From a virus (lineage: Duplodnaviria > Heunggongvirae > Uroviricota > Caudoviricetes): a stretch of DNA of 64,000 nt. Below the pieces are notes generated by a model. The model had not been told where the DNA came from, did not search any database, and saw only the letters and a program-made list of their open reading frames with translations. The stretch covers positions 141,741 through 205,740 of the IMG/VR virus record IMGVR_UViG_3300017565_000001. One strand, 5' to 3'. Each line of letters begins with the position of its first letter. Position 1 is the first letter of the stretch. Positions 30,358-36,715 of this stretch are shown here, piece after piece. Both the position numbers and the translations under genes were made by a program.

Positions 30358-30420
30358 GCGTTCACCTAGCGAAAGCTAACAACCCTCGAAGCGTAATAGT
30401 TTCGGGGGTTTCGTGTTTTA
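30324..30420 (+). promoter_or_regulatory. attenuator 1: antiterminator 30324-30334/30380-30390 competing with terminator 30381-30392/30399-30410
   Basis: TTCGGGGGTTG pairs with CAACCCTCGAA (11 bp); AACCCTCGAAGC/GTTTCGGGGGTT (12 bp) followed by TCGTGTTTT. Confidence 0.8.
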
Positions 30421-30435
30421 GATGTTGAGATTTAC

Positions 30436-30522
30436 GGGTGGTAGGTGCGCTGGGCGCTAACTTGCCTCGAAAACAAGCCCCTCCAGTGATGGGGGATGGT
30501 TCGATTCCATTACTACCCGCCA
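30436..30522 (+). tRNA. tRNA-Ser(CGA), probably 8/4 acceptor/T-stem form
   Basis: GGGTGGTA/TACTACCC, long variable arm, G73, CCA. Confidence 0.8.
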
Positions 30523-30534
30523 AGAACGTTTCGT

Positions 30535-30619
30535 GTATCAGATGGTAAACTGGCTAAATCAGCTGTCTGTAAAACAGTCGCCTCCGGGCTTGTAGGTTCG
30601 ATTCCTACCTGATACACAA
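30535..30619 (+). tRNA. tRNA-Tyr(GTA)
   Basis: type II cloverleaf; ends ACAA (CCA not encoded). Confidence 0.9.
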
Positions 30620-30633
30620 AACGTTTTTGAAAT

Positions 30634-30718
30634 ATCCTGTGATGACGGCTGGGTACCGTCAGAAGACTTTCAATCTTCCCTGTTCCACAGTGGGGTTCGA
30701 TTCCCCCACAGGATACCA
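30634..30718 (+). tRNA. allo-tRNA-like species with TTC (Glu) anticodon, 8/4 fold, long variable arm
   Basis: ATCCTGTG/CACAGGAT; TGACGG/CCGTCA D-stem; GAAGA-CTTTCAA-TCTTC; CTGT/ACAG V-arm; GGGG/CCCC T-stem; CCA. Confidence 0.7.
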
Positions 30719-30727
30719 AGTTTTAAT

Positions 30728-30812
30728 GGGGATGCGGCTCAGATGGCGAGGGGCGGCTGACTGTAAATCAGTTCTTTCGGGTGAGTAGGTTCGAATCCTT
30801 CCATCCCCACCA
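30728..30812 (+). tRNA. tRNA-Tyr(GTA)
   Basis: cloverleaf with CCA. Confidence 0.95.
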
Positions 30813-30819
30813 AGTTTTT

Positions 30820-30895
30820 ACTCTGTTCGTCTATCGGTTAGGACGCTAGACTTTCAATCTGGAAAGACGGGTTCGACTCCCGTACAGAGTGCCAG
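30820..30895 (+). tRNA. tRNA-Glu(TTC)
   Basis: cloverleaf with CCA. Confidence 0.95.
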
Positions 30896-30905
30896 AATTA
30901 TTCCA

Positions 30906-30992
30906 GTCTTACTGATGAGCCCTAATGGGCGAAACAGTTGCAGGGAAAGATGGTGTTTCCGCCCCCATCAAGTATCTGTAGCTGTCTGAGAC
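30906..30992 (+). ncRNA. hammerhead ribozyme (type I); predicted cleavage after C30986
   Basis: stem I GTCTTA/TGAGAC, CTGATGA core, stem II GCCC/GGGC, GAAA, stem III CAGTTGCAG/CTGTAGCTG, GUC cleavage triplet. Confidence 0.9.
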
Positions 30993-31000
30993 ATGTTTGT

Positions 31001-31075
31001 ATTGCCGTTGACTTCTGGTGAGGTCTCCAGGCTTTCAACCTGGCTAGGCGAGTTCGATCCTCGTCGGCAATACAA
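31001..31075 (+). tRNA. tRNA-Glu(TTC)
   Basis: CCAGG-CTTTCAA-CCTGG; ends ACAA. Confidence 0.85.
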
Positions 31076-31086
31076 AGATGTTTCAT

Positions 31087-31183
31087 GTAGGGGATGTTCC
31101 GTAAGGCTGACGGTAAAATCGATAAAAGTGTGATGGGTGCTGCCCTAAACACCCCAGAGGTTCGAGTCCTCACCCCTACTCCA
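31087..31183 (+). ncRNA. tRNA-like RNA without a canonical anticodon loop
   Basis: GTAGGGG/CCCCTAC stem, T-arm GAGG-TTCGAGT-CCTC, TCCA end. Confidence 0.6.
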
Positions 31184-31192
31184 AGTTTTAAT

Positions 31193-31280
31193 GGGTTCCT
31201 TTCCCGCCGGCGGTCTGTAAAACCGTTGCCTAATAAGGTGGGTTGGTTGGCGTGAGGTTCGAAGCCTCGGGAACCCACCA
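31193..31280 (+). tRNA. non-canonical tRNA-Tyr(GTA)-like RNA lacking a normal D-arm
   Basis: GGGTTCC/GGAACCC, GCGGT-CTGTAAA-ACCGT, T-arm, CCA; only 10 nt between acceptor and anticodon arm. Confidence 0.7.
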
Positions 31281-31289
31281 AGTTTTAAT

Positions 31290-31364
31290 GCACCGTTCGT
31301 CTATCGGTTAGGACATCGCCCTTTCAAGGCGGCAAGATGGGTTCGATTCCCATACGGTGTGCCA
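31290..31364 (+). tRNA. tRNA-Glu(TTC)
   Basis: cloverleaf with CCA. Confidence 0.95.
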
Positions 31365-31421
31365 GTTGACCTCGTATTCATTTGATGCCATAATGGTAAG
31401 AATGTAAACGAGGAGAACGAT

Positions 31422-31646
31422 ATGGCTGATCGCGTGACCCTTCGGGGTAAGCTGATTGATGGGCAGTATGATCGCGAAATCGCGGATGCTGTTATTCAAG
31501 AAGCACGCAAGACGGTTGATGTCCCAACCCAGAACATTTACGTTTGTGGGTCCTGGGGTGGATACGTCACTATCAGTTGTAATGTACAAGGATTTTGTGA
31601 TGCCCTAGTTGTCGCTGCCCGGAACATGGGGCTTGACGTTCAATAA
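31422..31646 (+). CDS. hypothetical protein within tRNA array
   Basis: GAGGAG RBS, own promoter-like TTGAC..CATAAT. Confidence 0.7.
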   Translation: MADRVTLRGKLIDGQYDREIADAVIQEARKTVDVPTQNIYVCGSWGGYVTISCNVQGFCDALVVAARNMGLDVQ

Positions 31647-31655
31647 GGAGGCAAC

Positions 31656-31799
31656 ATGAGAGCATTTGGTAGTGTTCGTGGTAAATACTGTGAGTGGAGA
31701 TTCACTGGTAGATATTACGGACGAAGCAGAATTTTCAATGCGGGGAAACTTGAAATCAAGTCCCGCAAACGTGGACGGAAATGGTCCACAGATGATTGA
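31656..31799 (+). CDS. small basic peptide (47 aa)
   Basis: AAGGAGG RBS; MRAFGSVRGK... Confidence 0.45.
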   Translation: MRAFGSVRGKYCEWRFTGRYYGRSRIFNAGKLEIKSRKRGRKWSTDD

Positions 31800-31807
31800 C
31801 CGATTAC

Positions 31808-31881
31808 GCGGGTAAGCTCGAGGTGAGTCGCCGGCCTTCCAAGCCGCGCAGAGTTGGGTTCGATTCCCACTATCCGCTCCA
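31808..31881 (+). tRNA. tRNA-Gly(TCC)
   Basis: cloverleaf, U73, CCA. Confidence 0.9.
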
Positions 31882-31999
31882 GTTTTGAATGTGAGAGAAA
31901 TCTCCTGGCTAGTCACAAGGGAACGACAGAATCGGGGCAACGAGCCTTAACCTTGCCCGAAGAACGGAAATATCCGTCTACGTCGTTACGTTCGTTTTT

Positions 32000-32074
32000 G
32001 CAGGATTAATTCAGTGGTAGAATGTCTGCTTGCCAAGCAGAATGTCATCGGTTCGAATCCGATATCCTGCTCCA
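32000..32074 (+). tRNA. tRNA-Gly(GCC)
   Basis: cloverleaf, CCA. Confidence 0.95.
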
Positions 32075-32082
32075 AGTTTTAT

Positions 32083-32158
32083 GCGTGGGTAGCTCAGTTG
32101 GTAGAGTACCTGGTTGCCAACCAGGACGTCGCGGGTTCGAACCCCGTCCCACGCTCCA
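32083..32158 (+). tRNA. tRNA-Gly(GCC)
   Basis: cloverleaf, CCA. Confidence 0.95.
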
Positions 32159-32166
32159 GTTTACAT

Positions 32167-32257
32167 GTTCCGGTGGCCGAGTTGGCTTAGGCAGCGGTCT
32201 GCAAAACCGTTAGCGGGAGAAATCCCCACGCAGGTTCGAATCCTGTTCGGAACTCCA
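32167..32257 (+). tRNA. tRNA-Cys(GCA) with long variable arm
   Basis: GCGGT-CTGCAAA-ACCGT, GGGA-GAAA-TCCC V-arm, U73, CCA. Confidence 0.85.
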
Positions 32258-32330
32258 AGATGCTTGACTTTGATGCCATATGAACATAACATATGGCATC
32301 AATTGTTTTGAGCCACTGACAAGGAATCCA

Positions 32331-32606
32331 ATGAGCGTTCGATACACGGCAATCCTCGCATTCGGAAGAGAATTCAAGTCCAAGGGCGACATCGAGGATT
32401 TCTTGGAAAGCCATGGCTATGATCCCCAGGAGGAATGGCCCAATGGTCTCGAATGCATTTACCTGAACCGCCTGGATGGTGAAGAACCGATCCTGGGTTG
32501 GGAGATCGAGGTCGATGCTGGTGTCCCAGAACTCCAGAAGGAATGGCAGGAGATGTTCCCCAACAGCGAACCCGCTGACGCAATTCTCGCGGTGCAAATG
32601 TCATGA
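32331..32606 (+). CDS. hypothetical acidic protein
   Basis: AAGGA RBS. Confidence 0.65.
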   Translation: MSVRYTAILAFGREFKSKGDIEDFLESHGYDPQEEWPNGLECIYLNRLDGEEPILGWEIEVDAGVPELQKEWQEMFPNSEPADAILAVQMS

Positions 32607-32887
32607 GCCGCACTCGCAAAGACAAAGCCAATCACTTCCTGCATCACACCAAGATCCAGGGCACTGGCCTGGTGTATCATGGCGACACCAAACGCAAGTA
32701 CACGGAAGATCAAGTACCGGGTGATGTGAAGCCCATGATGGAGAAGTTGAATTACGACTACAACACGGGTCATCGCCTTGGCAACAATCGCAAGTCGGCA
32801 GCAAAATCCAAGGTACATGATCGTCGAATTGCTCGAGCTAAAGATAGCTCGGTATTCCGTCGAGAATTGAAGGATCGTGATGTCTGA
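32603..32887 (+). CDS. hypothetical basic protein
   Basis: overlapping start. Confidence 0.6.
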   Translation: MSRTRKDKANHFLHHTKIQGTGLVYHGDTKRKYTEDQVPGDVKPMMEKLNYDYNTGHRLGNNRKSAAKSKVHDRRIARAKDSSVFRRELKDRDV

Positions 32888-33392
32888 CGATCCGTTTGAG
32901 AAATACCAGGCTGAACTTGCGTCGGTGGGATTGACATCCATTGATGGGAGTATCAACTTTCGACTTAACGATCGAATCCACAGTATCGGTCCTGATTGGG
33001 TTGGGCCCATTCATAAGTTCAAAAACTTCCGCAAGCACACCAAGAATGTTGAGCGTGTTGTTCGTTGCCACGAACGGAATGGTGCGAAGGTGTTGCTTGT
33101 GACTAACACGTATTTCATCCCAACCAAAATAATCGATAATCCTGAAACTGGTCGGCGCCAGCGAGTACAAGACACTTCAAAACCAATAGAAGAAAATATT
33201 CGAGTGTTGTTCGCAGGACGTGGACGAATCGTATGCGACTTCTTCGTTGGTCCCCGAGATCAAACTCTCTCGTTTGATCAGGTGCGGTATACCCTGAGTG
33301 AGTTCTTCTCACTCAGTCCTGAGCGTCAGGACGAAACTATCGAACCCGATCCGTTCGTCCGCATGGTTGCGCAGACGGCTCGTCAGATGTAA
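32877..33392 (+). CDS. hypothetical protein
   Basis: ORF track. Confidence 0.65.
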   Translation: MMSDDPFEKYQAELASVGLTSIDGSINFRLNDRIHSIGPDWVGPIHKFKNFRKHTKNVERVVRCHERNGAKVLLVTNTYFIPTKIIDNPETGRRQRVQDTSKPIEENIRVLFAGRGRIVCDFFVGPRDQTLSFDQVRYTLSEFFSLSPERQDETIEPDPFVRMVAQTARQM

Positions 33393-33427
33393 TTCCTTGG
33401 GTCCATAAATATCCGAAAGGAGAAACT

Positions 33428-34078
33428 ATGGACCGCTCTGCCATTCTTGACTTGCTCTTCAGCAAGTCCAATCCCACAATTCATTATTACTTGGAACAAG
33501 TTGTTGACACTCTGCTCGCTGCTGGTGTCACAGTCAAGATCCAGGATACCACTCAGGTTTTTCTGGATGGTGATACCCTCGGCTGTTCTGGCTATTTCAA
33601 CAACGAACCACTCGAGTTTGCTGTGGCGGTGGGTAAACCATACGAAGCGTGGCTGCGAATTTTCTTGCACGAATTCTCGCATTTTGAACAATGGCAGGAA
33701 GATCCAGAAATGTTCGCTCGCCGGTCATCTGATGTTGATCTCCTGTTTTCTTGGTTGTCTGGTGACATCGAGATATCTGAGGATCATCTTAAGACGTGTA
33801 GAGACAACGCTATCTGGATCGAACATGATTGCGAAAGTCGTACGATCAAGAAGTTGTATCAACATGGATTCTACGCCATCATAGATGTAGCGTCATATAC
33901 TCAAATGGCAAATGCTTATTTCAACTTCTATCACTACGTGGTTGAACAGAAAGTCTGGTACAAAGCTGGCAGGGAACCCTACACTGTTTCTGAAGTGTGG
34001 AATTCTTTCCCAACTGAACTAGTTCAGTTGACTGAGCTGACTGACAGCCAACGCAATCTCTACAGTCTCTGCGTGTAA
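33428..34078 (+). CDS. putative zinc metallopeptidase-like protein
   Basis: FLHEFSH (HEXXH) and downstream E.DCE; ATAAATA box upstream. Confidence 0.6.
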   Translation: MDRSAILDLLFSKSNPTIHYYLEQVVDTLLAAGVTVKIQDTTQVFLDGDTLGCSGYFNNEPLEFAVAVGKPYEAWLRIFLHEFSHFEQWQEDPEMFARRSSDVDLLFSWLSGDIEISEDHLKTCRDNAIWIEHDCESRTIKKLYQHGFYAIIDVASYTQMANAYFNFYHYVVEQKVWYKAGREPYTVSEVWNSFPTELVQLTELTDSQRNLYSLCV

Positions 34079-34165
34079 AGAACTTTACTCCCCTGGGTTT
34101 ACTAGCTTGATTGTTGCCAATATTGGCAATAGAATCAGCGTCCCAATATTCTCCCAGGAGACGTA

Positions 34166-35224
34166 ATGAGCGATACCCAACCGATCGATCTGGTGGTGAC
34201 TTTCGACACCACCGGTTCCATGTATCCGTGCTTGACTCAGGTGCGCCGCACTGTCGATGCACTGGCAGCTCGCATGTTTCGCGAGATTCCCAACCTGCGA
34301 ATCGGTGTCATCGCTCACGGCGATTACTGCGACGCCCGCACCGCCTATGTGACCAAGCATCTGGCCCTCACCAATGACCCCAATGCGGTGTCCTACTTCA
34401 TCAAGAACGTGGAAGCCACTTATGGTGGCGACGCGCCCGAGTGCTACGAACTGGTTCTGCATGAAGCCCAATCCATGCAATGGCGTGATGACGCCAAGCG
34501 CCTGCTGGTCATGATCGGCGATGACATTCCTCATCCGCCGGCCCACAACCCCAAGCGTCTTGACTGGCGCACGGAAGTTCAAGCATTGACGGCACAAGGT
34601 GTTCTGGTCCATGGTGTCCAGTGTCTGAACCGCCACTATGCGACGGCTTTCTACAAAGGCCTGAGTGACATGACGGGTGGTTTTCACTTGAACTTGAACC
34701 AGTTCGCCGAAGCTTCCGACATGCTGTTGGCTGTTGCCTACCAGCAACAATCGCCCGAAGCACTCGATTCGTTCGAGCAGGAAATCGTCACCAACAAGAA
34801 GATGACTCGTGGTCTGTCCGACATCTTCGCTCGTCTGCGACGCGATCCCACCAACGGCCGGTACCGCGAAGTCGATGCCCGCGCAGTGGACCCCAGCCGC
34901 TTCCAACAGATTCCGGTGCTGGCAGACGAACCCATTCGTGATCTGGTCCAGAACAACGGTCTGCCGTTCGTCAAGGGTCGCGGCTTCTACGAGTTCACCA
35001 AGCGCGAAACGATTCAGGCCAAGAAGGAAGTCATCATCCTGGACCAGGACACTGGCGACATGTACGAAGGTGCGGCTGCCCGTGAAGTTCTGGGCTTGCC
35101 TACTGGCACCAACATCGACATAAGCCCCACGTTCGATCGTGATCGCTACAAGGTGTTCGTGCAAAGTACCAGCGTGAACCGCGCACTGAAGGCCGGCACG
35201 ACGTTCCTGTACGAAACTGCATGA
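34166..35224 (+). CDS. von Willebrand factor A (vWA) domain protein
   Basis: DLVVTFDTTGSM (DxTxS MIDAS), GGDAPE, IGDDIPH. Confidence 0.9.
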   Translation: MSDTQPIDLVVTFDTTGSMYPCLTQVRRTVDALAARMFREIPNLRIGVIAHGDYCDARTAYVTKHLALTNDPNAVSYFIKNVEATYGGDAPECYELVLHEAQSMQWRDDAKRLLVMIGDDIPHPPAHNPKRLDWRTEVQALTAQGVLVHGVQCLNRHYATAFYKGLSDMTGGFHLNLNQFAEASDMLLAVAYQQQSPEALDSFEQEIVTNKKMTRGLSDIFARLRRDPTNGRYREVDARAVDPSRFQQIPVLADEPIRDLVQNNGLPFVKGRGFYEFTKRETIQAKKEVIILDQDTGDMYEGAAAREVLGLPTGTNIDISPTFDRDRYKVFVQSTSVNRALKAGTTFLYETA

Positions 35225-35227
35225 GGT

Positions 35228-35776
35228 TTGCTGGTGAGGTTCTGGAAGCCGTATAAGAGCCTCACCGGCTACTTGAAGCGTTTCACTATCCTGCAATGCG
35301 GTAGGGTACATATTCGCATCCACCGCATTCTGTCAGCAGACAAGACTCCTTTTCTGCATACCCATCCCTTTCATTATGTGAGCATCATAGTGAGTGGTGG
35401 GTATTGGGAGAAGATTAATGATCGAATCATCCATCACACGGTTGGTTCGATCATCTGCCGTCGAGCTACTGACGCCCATCGGATTGTGAAAGTTAGCCCT
35501 AATACCAAGACTCTGTTCATAACCTGGTGTACAGATTCTGGTTGGCAATTATCACCAGATAATCAACAACCCGATGATTGGATTTCGCATACACCTGGCA
35601 TTTACTTGCGGGAATTATATGGTCGAATTCGATTCTGCAAATTTGATCAATTCTGGCATAGAGCTCACGATTCATTAGCCGAAGCTTTGATTGAAACCAA
35701 CCCGTCAATAGACCAGACAAGTAAGGGATCAAAGTTTATTTGTTCTTTGACTACTGGCCAAATTTCAGTAGAATAA
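35228..35776 (+). CDS. cupin-like phage protein
   Basis: LHTHPF..SII.SGGYWE ... HRI motif. Confidence 0.5.
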   Translation: MLVRFWKPYKSLTGYLKRFTILQCGRVHIRIHRILSADKTPFLHTHPFHYVSIIVSGGYWEKINDRIIHHTVGSIICRRATDAHRIVKVSPNTKTLFITWCTDSGWQLSPDNQQPDDWISHTPGIYLRELYGRIRFCKFDQFWHRAHDSLAEALIETNPSIDQTSKGSKFICSLTTGQISVE

Positions 35777-35789
35777 ATAATCACACGAT

Positions 35790-35879
35790 GGGTAGGCAAA
35801 TCGATTGGTGACGAAACCTGCTTGGAAAGCAGCCGAGTGCGAAAGCGCCTTAGGAGTTCGACTCTCCTTCTACCCGCCA
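35790..35879 (+). tRNA. tRNA-Ser(GGA)
   Basis: type II cloverleaf, G73, CCA. Confidence 0.9.
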
Positions 35880-35939
35880 AATCTCTTGACGTTCTGTCAT
35901 TGATGCCATATCATTTTGATATAAATTCAAAATTACGAT

Positions 35940-36140
35940 ATGAAGCATATTCTCTCCTGGTTCGTTGATTACATGGATTGTTTTTGGAAGTGGAGCCTGT
36001 TCATTGGCTTTAACTTCATGTGGCTCACAGCTTGGCTAACTGTGTTTAAAATCCCTGATCCAATCCTGCTCGCCACGGGCTTATCCTCAGGCATAAGCTT
36101 CATCGCCGCATTCTGTAACGCCGTAGCAAGATCGTTATAA
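35940..36140 (+). CDS. small membrane protein
   Basis: two hydrophobic helices. Confidence 0.55.
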   Translation: MKHILSWFVDYMDCFWKWSLFIGFNFMWLTAWLTVFKIPDPILLATGLSSGISFIAAFCNAVARSL

Positions 36141-36236
36141 TATTCCCATGGTGGGGCTCTTAGGGGCCCCATTCTTCATTTGTTTTGTTTTTATTCTGTC
36201 GCAGAACCCCATAAATAATTCAAGGAGGGTTCAAAT

Positions 36237-36707
36237 ATGGCGACACTTTTTAACAAAACGCCCAAAGATACGTATCAGCAACTTCTGAAACTATCTGGTA
36301 CTGATGGATTGACAACTAGCTTGCAAGCAGTTGAAGATGGTGTGGGAACTTCCACACCATTGTCATTATCCACCACCCAGATTTCTCTGAATGGTATCGT
36401 TTGGCCAACAACTACACCAACCGAAAACCAAATTCTGTCTTACAACGGAACTGGTTTGGTTTGGTCCACCCCATCATCTGGAAGTAATTCCAATTTTGAT
36501 TCGGTGACATACACCTACAACGGTGACGGCAACGTTGATACGGTGACTGAGATTTACGGGAGCGACACCCGTACGGTTGTATTCACATACAACCCTGACA
36601 ATACCGTGAACACTACTACGGCCACATTTCAAGGCGTGACTCGCGTTGAAACCTACGGCTATGACGAAGCTGGTAATGTCACCAGCATTGTTGCTACAAA
36701 TCAATGA
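36237..36707 (+). CDS. virion-associated protein
   Basis: ATAAATA box, AAGGAGG RBS; shares SPLRLSTT.I.LNG.VWPT motif with 24988-25719. Confidence 0.7.
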   Translation: MATLFNKTPKDTYQQLLKLSGTDGLTTSLQAVEDGVGTSTPLSLSTTQISLNGIVWPTTTPTENQILSYNGTGLVWSTPSSGSNSNFDSVTYTYNGDGNVDTVTEIYGSDTRTVVFTYNPDNTVNTTTATFQGVTRVETYGYDEAGNVTSIVATNQ

Positions 36708-36715
36708 GGTGATAA

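Noticed and set aside
30634-30718. Reading the 8/4 tRNA as selenocysteine/opal tRNA (TCA)
   Set aside because: The perfect GAAGA/TCTTC stem centres the 7-nt loop on TTC, not TCA.
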